From Candidatus Thorarchaeota archaeon (GTDB lineage Archaea > Asgardarchaeota > Thorarchaeia > Thorarchaeales > Thorarchaeaceae), in NCBI GenBank assembly GCA_963726195.1, contig CAVSBO010000003.1, forward strand, positions 852,089 through 916,088: a DNA stretch of 64,000 nucleotides, written 5' to 3'. The translations under genes were made by a program, and so were the position numbers. The notes below the pieces were generated by a model. That model did no database searches. It was not told the origin of the DNA and worked only from the letters and a program-made list of their open reading frames with translations. Of this stretch, positions 1 to 11,019 are shown piece after piece. Position 1 is the stretch's first letter. Each line of letters starts with the position of its first letter.

Positions 1-445
1 CCATCACCAATTCTATGCTTTCGCGAACTTTGGGCCAAGGGTCATACGATGTTCTGACGACCTCACGATACCTTTTGGGATCCGCTTTGATATCAAACCA
101 GACAGAGTCCAGATATGGAAGACAATGCTTGAGGACATCTGGTCTAGACCCTTGAGTGTTCAGGTTAAGGTGATAGTCCTTCTTTCGTCTTAGTTCCTTC
201 AGAAGCTGGGGCAGGTCTCGATGAATCGTTGGCTCTCCGCCTGTTATGCAGCAACCGTTCGAAAGACTGCCTTCAGTTTTAGCGACTATGGCTTTGATAG
301 GCATATCAGTCCCCGATGACTCCGGAATGAGCTGTGCGTTCTGACAGTAGGGACAGTCGAAGTTGCATCCGCCAGTAAAAACGACAGTCACAGGAATGCC
401 CGGTACATCAACCAGGCTCACATCTATAACAGAAGCAATCCTCAT
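1..445 (-). CDS. nrdG: Anaerobic ribonucleoside-triphosphate reductase activating enzyme (radical SAM), 5' part; runs off the window start
   Basis: Not in the ORF track; translated by hand from ATG at 445: MRIASVIDVSLVDVPGIPVTVVFTGGCNFDCPYCQN...CITGGEPTIH...NTQGSRP. CxxxCxxC and GGEP motifs with an NrdG-type N-terminus. Confidence 0.85.
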   Translation of the reverse strand, partial: MRIASVIDVSLVDVPGIPVTVVFTGGCNFDCPYCQNAQLIPESSGTDMPIKAIVAKTEGSLSNGCCITGGEPTIHRDLPQLLKELRRKKDYHLNLNTQGSRPDVLKHCLPYLDSVWFDIKADPKRYREVVRTSYDPWPKVRESIELVM

Positions 446-587
446 TCTATTCCTTCAGTTCCCACTAGGTCATGCGGCAGTTAAATCTGCAACGCAAGAG
501 CAATGCCCTGAAGTGAACACAGTGTGAGAACGCTTTACCTAGAACACTTATTTTGTAGAAGCCACTTGGTCTCTTGGGACCCCGGCA

Positions 588-860
588 ATGGCAAGTGTAT
601 CTAACAAGCGAGAGCATATTCTCCAGAGTACACTGTTTCACATACAAGTCAATCAGTGTCAATACATCGACAATTTCCCTGAAGCGGTCACGTCAGTCCT
701 CGACGACATGATCCATAAGAAGAAGATACGGGACTTCGACGTGGTGAAGAAGAGACTGTACAGAATCAACACGAGCTTCTTCGAAATCAACAAGCAGAAA
801 GTCAGCAAGAAGGATTTCTTCGAGGGTCTGTTCAGGCGAGTCTCTGGCAGAAGGAACTAA
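588..860 (+). CDS. Hypothetical protein (90 aa)
   Basis: ATG-started ORF divergent from nrdG with an AT-rich TATA-like stretch (~548-554) upstream; no recognisable motif. Confidence 0.5.
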   Translation: MASVSNKREHILQSTLFHIQVNQCQYIDNFPEAVTSVLDDMIHKKKIRDFDVVKKRLYRINTSFFEINKQKVSKKDFFEGLFRRVSGRRN

Positions 861-932
861 AGAGAAAGAATCTCAGAATCTGCCTTGCCGGAAGGTCAGA
901 GGACCCTGCTCCAGCAGTCTCGCGGTACAGTT

Positions 933-2138
933 CTACACGGGTTCTGAAATCTCGAAAGTAATGATGAAGTTTGCTCCAGAGGACACCTTCCCGGACACCC
1001 GATCTTGAACCTCAATTCTCGCGCCGTATTTGTGAACCATCTGTGCGACAAGTGCGAGACCCACGCCTCCAAAACGTTTGGCCCGGTCAAATAGCGACTT
1101 CTTCTTCTCGCCACTGATGCCAGGTCCATTGTCGGCTATAGAGAGCCTGAACCACTGTCCTTCTCTCTGCCCCGAAACCCACACTTGCTTGTCTTCCTTG
1201 GTGTTATGCCCAGCAGCATTCTCTAGAACGTTCCACAACAGCTCGCCAAGAAGAGAATCTGCCTTGACCCTCACGGGGGAGTCAAAGCCCTCAACGTGCA
1301 CCTTGGCTTCATAGACTCGCTCAAGAACCCCTATCTTCTCTTTTATTGCACTTGACAAGTCAACACTCGCATTAGGGATTCCCCTAATCTGACCTGCACG
1401 CTTTGTCTTGGTTATCAGTCGATTGCAGCGTTCCACAGCGTCGAGGATGTCATGCCTTGCGTCGTCGATGTATGATGGTGGCAGGTTCTGTTCAAGCAAT
1501 CCTGCTGACATCATTATGACCTGTAACTGGTTTGCTATGTCGTGCGTAATCAGATCAAGGTAGAACTGGACTGTTTCCTCTGCATCCTTTTGTTCTGATA
1601 TTTCCGTGATAACAGCGAACGAACCGACAAACTTGCCCTTAGAGTCGAAGTATGGTGCGGCCGCTATGATAGTTGGTACAACCTCTCCCCTGCGGTTCAC
1701 CCATTCCATCTCGTATCTCTCGGACTTGCCATCTTTGCGATTGCGAATTCTATCCTTAGCCATCTTGTGGTCCTTTTTCGTCGTTAACTCGACCCAGTTC
1801 TTTCCAACAAGCTCCGAGGGAGAGTAACCGAGCATTTTAGCGAAAGCATCGTTGGCATAGACTATCCTTTCATTCTCATCATCTATAGCCAACCCTTCTC
1901 TCATAGTCTCTATCAACAGACGGTATACAGACTCTGCATTCGCAAGTATTCCCTTGCCCGAGTCCTGGCCTGTGGCATCCTTGGATTTTACCAAAGTCAG
2001 CTTCGCCTCGCGAGAGTCTGCACATTCATGATGGACCCGAAACACACGTCCTAATCTTGTCTCGGGAAATGGGCTAATTGAGGTTATGCTGTTCGTCTTA
2101 CAATTCGGCCACTGTTTGACCATGAGAAACACCAGCAA
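933..2138 (-). CDS. PAS-domain sensor histidine kinase (true start probably ~1994)
   Basis: PAS signature IVYANDAFAKMLGYSPSELVGK; H-box LITHDIANQL; N-box NVLENA; DNGPGI and GGVGLALV G-boxes. Confidence 0.9.
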   Translation of the reverse strand: MLVFLMVKQWPNCKTNSITSISPFPETRLGRVFRVHHECADSREAKLTLVKSKDATGQDSGKGILANAESVYRLLIETMREGLAIDDENERIVYANDAFAKMLGYSPSELVGKNWVELTTKKDHKMAKDRIRNRKDGKSERYEMEWVNRRGEVVPTIIAAAPYFDSKGKFVGSFAVITEISEQKDAEETVQFYLDLITHDIANQLQVIMMSAGLLEQNLPPSYIDDARHDILDAVERCNRLITKTKRAGQIRGIPNASVDLSSAIKEKIGVLERVYEAKVHVEGFDSPVRVKADSLLGELLWNVLENAAGHNTKEDKQVWVSGQREGQWFRLSIADNGPGISGEKKKSLFDRAKRFGGVGLALVAQMVHKYGARIEVQDRVSGKVSSGANFIITFEISEPV

Positions 2139-2174
2139 ACCAAAGGACCTTAAACCAAGGTCAGAAGTTGCCTA

Positions 2175-2885
2175 GTGATGCACTCATCAGAATCGAATAC
2201 CGACAGACGATTGAGAATCAGCCATGGTCGCACTTGCAATTGCCCTCCGAATCACATCAACTGCCTGTCGGCCAAAGAGTGGATTCAGCATCAGATTGCT
2301 GTATGGGAGTTCTACTACGAGGCACGGGATGTGAGGGACAAGAACATTCATCCAGCGACCTATCCCATAGCACTTCCGTCAAAGTGCATATCTCTGTTCA
2401 CTCATAAGGGTGAACTGGTGCTGGACCCATTCGTCGGTGTGGGAACAACACTCGTCGCAGCCAGAGACCTCGCACGCAACGCAGTCGGGTTCGACCTAAA
2501 GGCGGACTATGTCGATTTCTCCAACAAGCGGCTGAGCTCTATGTCGGACAATGAGACAACGCAGATTGCATTGTGCGATGACGCTCATAACATACCTTCG
2601 TACCTTGAGGAGGAAACTGTTGCCGTCTGTGTGACATCTCCGCCCTATGCAAACCTCCTGAATCGCCGCAGACAGAACAAGAGTATGAGGGGCAATCTCA
2701 GGAAGGATGAATACTATCTCAAGGTACAGCAGTATTCTGACGATCCGAGGGATTTGGGCACCATGGATGCCGAGCCCTATGCGAAAACGCTAGGTGAAAT
2801 CTTCGGTGGCATTCTTCCTTTAATGCGACATAGAGCACACTGTCTTGTCAACATAACTGACTACTGGTGGGAAGACAGAAGGGTT
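2175..2885 (+). pseudogene. N4/N6 site-specific DNA methyltransferase, 5' part (237 codons), interrupted by the IS607-type element
   Basis: HPATYP, motif I DPFVGVGTT, motif IV TSPPY. Homology-like sequence stops at ...WWEDRRV and resumes at 11033. Confidence 0.9.
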
Positions 2886-2901
2886 GACAACAGCTGCCTA
2901 G

Positions 2902-2921
2902 AAGTTGGACAATCTTGGACA
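2902..2921 (+). repeat. Left subterminal repeat AAGTTGGACAATCTTGGACA (two TTGGACA units, 10-bp period)
   Basis: 19/20 identical to the reverse complement of 11000-11019. Confidence 0.9.
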
Positions 2922-2960
2922 CCACAGAACTGAAGAGCCGCAGCGCGACTGACACGATGC

Positions 2961-3587
2961 ATGTTGAGTGTGTCAGCAGCTGCGGTCAGGGTTGGGGTCT
3001 GTGCAAAAACCATCCGACGGTGGGACGACAGGGGTCTTCTCCGATGTTTCAGGACCCGAGGTGGTCACAGACGAGTGCCTCAGTCAGAAATTGAACGAGT
3101 CATCTCAGAAAGGGAGCCGAGAGCAGATTCTCATATGACCTGCTCAAGAGCAACAATCGTGTACGCACGAGTATCGTCCCACGGGCAGAAGGCCTCAGGT
3201 GACCTTGACAGACAGGTCGGCGAACTGCTCGCAAGTTCTGGCGAGGCATCTCCTCTTGTCCTCCCTGACGTCGGCTCCGGACTCAACATGAGGCGCAGGG
3301 GTCTATGGCAGCTGATACATGCTGCAGAGAGAGGACTCGTCAACCGGGTGATTGTCACTCACAGGGACAGACTGGCCCGCTTCGGGACCGAATTGATTGA
3401 GCATATCCTCTGCCTCCATGGCGTGGCCGTCAATGTCCTTCACGAGAACCGGGACATGACTCCTCAGGAAGAAGTGGTCGCCGATCTGATAGCACTAATT
3501 GCATCGTTCTCCGGACGTATCTATGGGCTTAGAGGTGCCATCCTCAGGGCCACAAGAGACCCGCTCAGACAAAGTTCTACTTCTTGA
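2961..3587 (+). CDS. tnpA: IS607-family serine transposase
   Basis: N-terminal MerR-like HTH (GVCAKTIRRWD...TRGGHRR), catalytic YARVSSHGQ, DVGSGLN, HRDRLARFG, C-terminal FSGRIYGLR. Confidence 0.95.
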   Translation: MLSVSAAAVRVGVCAKTIRRWDDRGLLRCFRTRGGHRRVPQSEIERVISEREPRADSHMTCSRATIVYARVSSHGQKASGDLDRQVGELLASSGEASPLVLPDVGSGLNMRRRGLWQLIHAAERGLVNRVIVTHRDRLARFGTELIEHILCLHGVAVNVLHENRDMTPQEEVVADLIALIASFSGRIYGLRGAILRATRDPLRQSSTS

Positions 3588-3590
3588 AAA

Positions 3591-3698
3591 GGGACGCGGT
3601 CCTCCTCACGATTTCTCTCCAGCCCCGGTGGAGAGACCGTGGGCTTCAAGCTGTTTCTCTACTGCGTTTTCGGTTTTTCCGTCTTGAAACCTTGCGTC
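3591..3698 (-). ncRNA. Candidate structured RNA or IS605-like right-end motif between converging tnpA and cargo gene
   Basis: Stems tctctcca/tggagaga (3614-3636), ctcacg/cgtggg, ttcaag/cttgaa and gacgc/gcgtc. Minus strand reads GAAGCCCACG...CGTGAGGAGG. Strand and function are inferred. Confidence 0.35.
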
Positions 3699-6600
3699 AC
3701 TCCTGATTTCCAGAAGCTGCACCCTGTTCATGAGCCTTCCGGACATCTCTAACCACATCAGGGACCTGCTTCCTCAATACCTCGCCAAGGTTCTCAATGC
3801 TCTGGAGTCGAGGCACTATTTCGAGCTCCACAGCCTCTCTTACTTCTCGCACCGCTTGTTGTACACCTTCGCCGAGCAGGATCTTCGGGTCATCATAGAG
3901 CATTCCCGATGCTGTACGAGTTCCATCGGTTTCTTCACTTACCCAATAGATTGCCTGATTCTGAGAATACAAGGTCACTGTCCACGTCGCTGGCTCCTCC
4001 GCGAACTCTTCATCATGGCGACCAAGGTGTGTTCCAGCATGATTCAGCCAAGATGTCACTCGCCTGATGAACTGCTGTTTGTTCCTTATGGAGAAACCGC
4101 TCATCTCGCCCTCTCTCATGCTTTCCCTTAGCATGTCTACGACTTCCTCGGCATCCTCTTCACTCTCAATCTCTATTGTCCGTGACAGGAGCGGCTCACG
4201 TCGACCCTGTCCGATAGGAAAGACAGCATATGTACAGCTTGTTTCAGACAGGTCAGAGAGCCGTAGTTCACAAGGTGGGCTTCTTGCCGAGTACCCATGT
4301 CCCTTGAGTTCTGACAGGATTCGCTTCCTGAGCGCTCCGTACTCCTCTATTGCATTCATTGGGATCCGGGACGTGATGACATTCAATATCCTCTGGCACT
4401 CTTTCTCCGCGCCGTGGCCGTGCACCAACTCGATTGTCTGGGGAGTTTCCGTAAGGAATAGTCCTGTGATTGTCGACTGTGCTTGCCACTCGACATACTT
4501 CGGCTCTGTACATGACAGGCCGACCAGCCAAGTCTGTTCTCTCACTCTCAGATAGGTTCCGGGCTCTAGAGGTTTCAATGACAGACCGTTCCTCCGAAGG
4601 AACATGCGGACGTACTGCTCCTCATGATACACCACGCTTTCATCTTCCCCAGAACCCTAGGCATGACGATGGCAAGTCTGTACAATCGCCCTGCATAGAC
4701 TCTCCCTGGGGCAAGGAGCCCATTCACAGCTTCTCCGGTCATCGGTCTTCCAAGCTGTCGCTTTACTTGATTAGGACAGTCTGGCGGCAATGATATCCGC
4801 CAGCAGGCACCGTGATCGTACTCCTCACTATAGGGCGATGGGACAGATCGACTGGTCATGTTCAATGCTCACCTTGAGGGTCCCGGCCTCTTCGAAGAAC
4901 CCGGACACTCGTGCAGGGAGTTCCTCCACCTCAGTTCGTGCAGCCTTGAAAGTGACATATGGTCCAATGAAATCCAGTTCTCCGTACACGATATCATCGA
5001 AGACACTCCAAGTGACGTACGTGCCCGAGTCTGTGTACATGGGTCCTGAGTTTGTCATAGGCCATCTGAGGAGTGAAATGAGTTCTGCCGTGTATTCCAC
5101 GTTCACCTCTTGGAGGATTTCATCATCGCCATCAACGAACCTAACTTGGCAGACATTATTCACCATCTCAAGACGCACACTGACAGATGCTGGTCGCGTG
5201 ACAGCCTCGATGTACCTACGCAGAGAGGCTGCCACACGTTGGTAGAACGACTCTGGTAGTTTCGTTCCTTGAGAAGCTTCAGTAACAGAGGGCTTAGTGA
5301 AGGACTGTCTTATGGCACGGAGATGACGGACTGATGAGTGCCCCTGTTCCACCAGCTCGAGGACTCCCGAGTAGACTCTCTCATGATCGTCCGTTTCCAT
5401 GCTCCATGTTTCCAGCCCCTGTTCAGTTGGTCTGAATTCCATTAGGACTTGTGAGGACCCGAGAATCTCGTCGGGTGTCTGTTGTGTTAGTACCTCTTGT
5501 TTGGTCTCACTCCAGAGGAGCCCCTCCTTGTCTGGAGACTTGCTCATGAAGCAACCAATGAGCATGCGGGCCTCATTCTCGGGGTCCTGCATGACAAGCC
5601 ACCAGGGAAGAGCAGTCTCATCCTCCGGTAGAAACCTGATTCCAAACGTCAGTCCAGCCGTCGTTCTTTCACTGGAAGTGACAAGCTCCACTGTCTTTGG
5701 AGGAAATGCAACAATGGTTCCTGGCCTTGTCTTCAACCTATTGGGTGAGCGGTAGAGCCGCTGGGAATTGATTCTACCCAGGGTCGTGGCCACGTACCCC
5801 TTGCCGGCCCCTGTCTCAGGGTGTCGGTAGCGCACAAGGTCAAGGACACTTGGAGTCTTGGCGGGAGGCCCATCAAGAACTCGTACTTCGAAAGTCAGGT
5901 CATCAGGGGCTCCTCTGAACTCATGCATGACTGCGTCGAACCGTTCCTTGATGCTCTCTTTCGAGTCATCTGAGAGCATCTTGTCAGGCCACAGGCAGAC
6001 AAGCCAAGGGAGCAAGGTCATCGAGAGGAGCCTTATCCTGCTGCGAGTAGCCTTGTCGGGTACGATGTCGTCCAGCCCTCTCTCCTGCACAACGAGTCCC
6101 TTCCCTTGGTTCTTGAACCGCCTTGACCAGCCCCTCAGCGGAGGTACGAGCACGAGCTCAGTGTTCATGTCTTCGGGAGAATGGCGAACGACTACTCGGA
6201 TATCATCATGCATTGGTGAGTCCCCGATGACTGGCAACCCACATTTCTCAGGCTCGACAGCATTCCTTGGTGCCACAGGTAGGTTCCAGACAATCTCAGT
6301 GACGACCTCAGCAAGAGATGAATTGTCATAGAATGGGAGAAGGGCTCTGGTTGCATATGGGACGGACTTCTCGGAAGAGGGCGTAGGTGCATCGAACCAC
6401 AGGACCGTCGTCTTCTTGTTGTCTGGAAGACTGTCCAGAAGCTGGTCCATTACGACCTGTAGTCTATCTCGGTGGCTCTCCGGAGTTGCATCTCGCAGGG
6501 TATCTGCCCCCGTCACGATGACTATTGTGTGGCTATTGATGCCCTTGTCCAGCTCGAACGATGGTATGTCTCCACCCTCATAGAGATATGATAGGATTTC

Positions 6601-8657
6601 GTCAAGGCGCCCTCTAACCTCTATGCCTTGAAAGAACTCTCGAATATGGTCTGGTTGCGTCTTCGCCACCTCGTCATCAGAGTATCCTCTTGGCCTTAGG
6701 CGAAGGCGTGCCTCTGCAAGGTGGGGCTCAGTGAACTGACTTGCAAGGTCAAACCAAACAAACCGTGCACCGAGGTGGCTCTCTTTCATCTCATAGAGCA
6801 TCTGAAGCCCATGATAGTTCCGTGCATTCCAGGCGGCGGACTGGCCTGCAGATGTCGGGGATCTCCCTACAAGATAGAGAATGAATCTTCGTCTGCTCTC
6901 TAGGCTCTGCTGGAACGGGTTGTAGAGTGGTTTCCACGGGACGTCAATAGCCTCTCCCCCCTGCTTCTCAGGAACGACTTGCTCATGAATGATCAGAGCG
7001 ACTCTGCTATTGCTTCCTCCAATAGGCCTGATGGCCGTTCTTTGAACTGCTCCACTCATCTTCTTGATGGATTCATAGGCCTTTACCAATAGCCCTTCAA
7101 TGGTTCGTCTGGCTTTATTGATATCAGTAATGGACTCGATGACTATCGTTCCTCTTGGCACGTACCTTGGCTCCAGCCCAGTGGCTTCATGGTATCTCTC
7201 AGCCAGCGCTTGTGCATAGACCTCTACTTGTCGCTGTGCAGATGCGCTGGGAGCGGATTTGACAATGGCGTCCCATTCTTTGTCCTCAAGAGTTCGGTCT
7301 TCAACGGGTAGCTCAGCAACAATACGGGGAGGAAGCCCTCTATGCAATCTGGACTCAGATGATTTCTCTTCAGCATCAATATGCCACTGATGCCCCATGC
7401 GGGTCTTGATCTCGCAGACGAATGCTGGTCTCCAGAGGATTTGTTTCCCGTCAGCTGTGATGATCCTCTCTAGAAGTAGAATGTCCACTTTTCCCAACCC
7501 GGACTCAGTCACTATCGCCAGCTCTGACACAATAGCATACTCAGAGGCCCCTACATACCTATGTCCATTGAAGATGACGTCATTCAGATGCCATGGGCTG
7601 GGAAAGAGGTCTGATATCCTTCTGTGCATTATCGACCCCTTTAGTTTCGCTCGACTGGTTGCCTGCTGTCTGATGTATTCGACATCAGCTTTGGTTAGGC
7701 ACGGTTCTTCAAGACCGGGCGTTCTAATGAAACCCCTCTGTGTCAGTCGTTCAAGCTCTTGAAGAGCAGGATGATTGCCATAGAATGTCAGTGCTTCGTC
7801 GAGCTGGCTCCGAAAGAAGTCGAAGGACGTATTGGATGCTCCATGTTCGAAGTCCCCCATCACGCTCTTGGCCGCTTGCATCGTGGGGTGATACCCGGAC
7901 TCTGAAATCAGCTCTTTCACTCTTCGAAGAGCAGCGTTCGCCCCCTTTCTGAACTCTGGTCTCCCACACTTGTGCTCTGAGTAGATGTATTCAAGATAAG
8001 GTCGTACAAGAAGGAGAAGGAGATTGCAGTACTTGGTGGTCTCGCTCACAGGCACATCACAGATTGTGCAGTAGGTGGCAAGATACTCACCATGACTCCG
8101 AGCAGCATCACCAAAGTCCATAGAGGGAAGGTCAGGATGCGTGAGCATGACTCGTGGCCCGAAGGAGGACCCCTCGTATCCTGCGACTCTAAACTCTTTT
8201 CTGTGAGATCCCGCTCGCACTGTACGTGTTCCAAATTGAGTGGCATCAGGAAATGGGAACTCTCTCTGTGAGAACTCTCTGAGGGTAGCACCACATGCAT
8301 TAAACCGCTGGTTCAGAGGACCCACAGTGCCATCAGGATTCTTCTGTCTGGAGACCTCAGTATGCCCAAATTCAGCAGCCTTCTCATAGAGCATCTTGAG
8401 CATGTTGTTCCTGATTTGAGGTTCAGCCTTGAGAACGGACGAGCAGTCAGGGGTACCTCGTTCCTTGCTCAGAAGATAGACGTGTCGAGTCTCTGCCAAA
8501 TCTCGTAGGAACTCCAGTAATGAGCACAGGTCAGTCTGTTCTTCATGCTACATTGGAGTTTCACCGTCGAGGCAAGCCCTGTCCGCAATGCAGCTGACAT
8601 GACACGTTCTGGATGAACGGGTAGTGGCCGAACAGGACGCCCTCTTGGCCTTGCCAT
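3697..8657 (-). CDS. Giant (~1650 aa) cargo protein with PD-(D/E)XK RecB/Cas4-like nuclease motifs; split into 4 ORFs by probable sequencing frameshifts
   Basis: Overlapping same-strand ORFs 8469-8657, 4828-8499, 4575-4865 and 3697-4635 join by single frameshifts. N-terminal RPRGRP (AT-hook), GKVDILLLE...VCEIKT...QVEVYA, then a degenerate P-loop-like segment. Confidence 0.7.
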
Positions 8658-8867
8658 CTCACTGATAGGATGGCATTGTGATATTTAAGTTCATTTTTTG
8701 GAAGTAACAGGCGCGGAACTCAGGTATCAAGAACTGGCTTGTTTCATAAAATCTGCCCCTTCTTCTTTATCAAACAAAAGGCTAACCTTTTACTCTGGTA
8801 ATTATACGTCGCTTGCTTTTGTATGCCCTTATATCCCGACTTCAGCACCAATATGCGGTAGAGGCTG
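8658..8867. promoter_or_regulatory. AT-rich divergent promoter region between cargo gene and tnpB
   Basis: Head-to-head genes; TATA-like atatttaa (8681-8688), taattata (8799-8806) and ttatat (8829-8834). Confidence 0.5.
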
Positions 8868-10999
8868 ATGAAGAGACAACCCCGGCGTCATCCCCGGGCG
8901 CCAAACCATGACGTACAACAGGCAAGGCAACAAACAATGGATGATAATTATACGTCCTCTTCATCCACTTACCAAGCCGAGAAGTTCTCTCTCAACTCAT
9001 ATCCTAGAATTGTCGATCGAAAGGGAAAGAAAAGACGACCTGACCCTTCCTTCTCCGCAACACACAGACCCCCCGTCGAACAAGCACTAAGGGAGCTTGT
9101 CAGCGGCAACAAGTGCTCTGACATCGATATCCAGACACTTGAGCAGCACTTCGACAAGTATCTCAATGCAGTCAATCTCGTACTTGATGAGGTATACTCT
9201 GCTTCCGATCGCGCCCAGCGTGTCGGAGAGCGATTGCGCTCTTCAAGAGGACAAGGCTATGTAGTACTAAGAGAAGAGAACTTTCTAGAATGGAAACCGG
9301 ACAACAGGTTCGGACAACTAGTCTATGAGCGAATGTATCGTAATGTCCTTGAGACCGCAGCCCGCATCGTGTTGGCTGACTACACGCGCAGGACACTGGT
9401 CAACTCACTAATCACGATGCTGGCGAGTGATAGGCAGCAACTCAAGTCGCTCATGGCTCTCAAACGAATCCCTGCTCCTCTTGTCAGAAAGCTGCGAGCG
9501 ACAGTCGGTGAAACATCTGGTTCGTACTATCACTACGCGCTCACGGCATGCAAACAGCTTCGAAGAGCACTCGATGAACACCTCCTTGAGAGCTTCGGCG
9601 AGTCCACATCCATCCGAAGACTAGCAAGGGACCGAGTTCGCGACCTTCTCGATACTCAATCGTCTGAATCAATCAAGGCCATGAATGCAACACTCAAGAA
9701 AGTGCAGAAATGGCACAAGACCGGTTTTCCATTCACTGCTCCCATTTTCAGACAAACCACCATGGACTTTACTGCATCTACTGAAAACACAACAGGACAA
9801 GGGTACTGGTTCATGGAGGACTCCGAGCGACAGGACGAGGTTATCCTGTATATCAAGACCCCTCCCGGGGTCACAGGTCGTCAAGCCACGCCTGATTCAC
9901 CGTACAAGAGCCAAACTCTTCGATTCAGGTTCCTCGACTGGTTGCCCCGAAAGGCAGCCCGTGCTCACAAAAAGGCAGAGGAGTCGAAAGCTCACGGTCA
10001 TTTCAGCAGGGCCGTGGAGTCTGAATATCGTGCTGCACGCTTTGACGATATGACCCAACAGCTGAGGAACAATGTCAGACTGCAGTGCCTGAATAGACAA
10101 CTTTCTTCTCTGAAGTCCAGAAAGGACATCGATGGAGAGAGGGTCAATGAACTGAAAGCCCAGATAACGGCGCTCAGACAGACCAGAAGGTGTGCCCCGC
10201 CCATCCTCAGTCTGCGAGGACACACTGCCACACTCATTATTCCCTTCCTATGCCCTGACAAACAGATGCTGAAACGAGTGCTGCCAACAGTCCCAAGGAC
10301 AGGCAGGGCAGGAGTCGACCGGGGTCTGAGATATCCGGTGGTCCTCTCAGTAAAGAACGGTGCAAACAGTATGATGAAACAAAGATAGGAAGGCCAGAGT
10401 CATTCGAGAGACGCGAGAGGCTCAGACAACGTACACGAGTCTTGATGTCACAGATCGTGCGACGACGGAACAACTGGGACAGGAAACGACCGATGCTGTC
10501 ACCTCCGTCCTCTATTCTGAAACGGGAGAGAGAGCTGGAGGCAGTGTGGGCCAAGGTCCGACGCATCGACCGAGAAATCTCCCATCAGCTGGCCGCTGAG
10601 ACCGTCTGGTTCTGTGAGCATCGTGGTGTCAAGACTGTCTACTTCGAAGACCTACGGTACTTCCAACCACAGGGCGGGTTCAAAACTCATTCATGGGAGC
10701 TGTCAACCAACCTCTGGGGGAAAATCATTGAAGGGGTCCGATATCGCAGACAGGCCCTAGGTCACAAGTACGGTGGAGTATGGACTGTGAACCCAGCCAT
10801 GACATCCCAGAGATGTAGTACCTGTGGTGAGAAAGGAGTGCGCGTCAGAGACAGTGATTCCACAGAGGAGGAGCACGGTGGGGAGTTCTTCTACTGCCCG
10901 AGCTGTGACCTCAAACTGCACGCAGACGTGAACGCGGCCAGAAACATCCTTATGATTCAACAACCCAAGCCCAGTGCCGTTTCTGGGCGGACTGCTTGA
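8868..10999 (+). CDS. tnpB: Oversized TnpB / Cas12-like RNA-guided RuvC nuclease (~690-710 aa; one frameshift near 10360-10370)
   Basis: RuvC-I GVDRG (D codon at 10317, residue ~484), RuvC-II YFEDL, VNPAMTSQRCSTCG...CPSC zinc finger, RuvC-III HADVNAARNI. ORFs 8868-10388 and 10442-10999 join via KQYDETKIGRPESF. Confidence 0.9.
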
Positions 11000-11019
11000 T
11001 GTCCAAGTTTGTCCAACTT
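11000..11019 (-). repeat. Right subterminal repeat, inverted relative to the left one
   Basis: TGTCCAAGTTTGTCCAACTT is the reverse complement of 2902-2921 with 1 mismatch. Confidence 0.9.

Noticed and set aside
2884-2960. IStron (group I intron fused to IS607) that would splice the element out of the MTase mRNA
   Set aside because: Only ~77 bp lie between the left end and tnpA; no room or motifs for a group I intron core.
10350-10390. Programmed ribosomal frameshift in tnpB
   Set aside because: No clear slippery heptamer, and similar indels occur throughout the window; sequencing error is more parsimonious.
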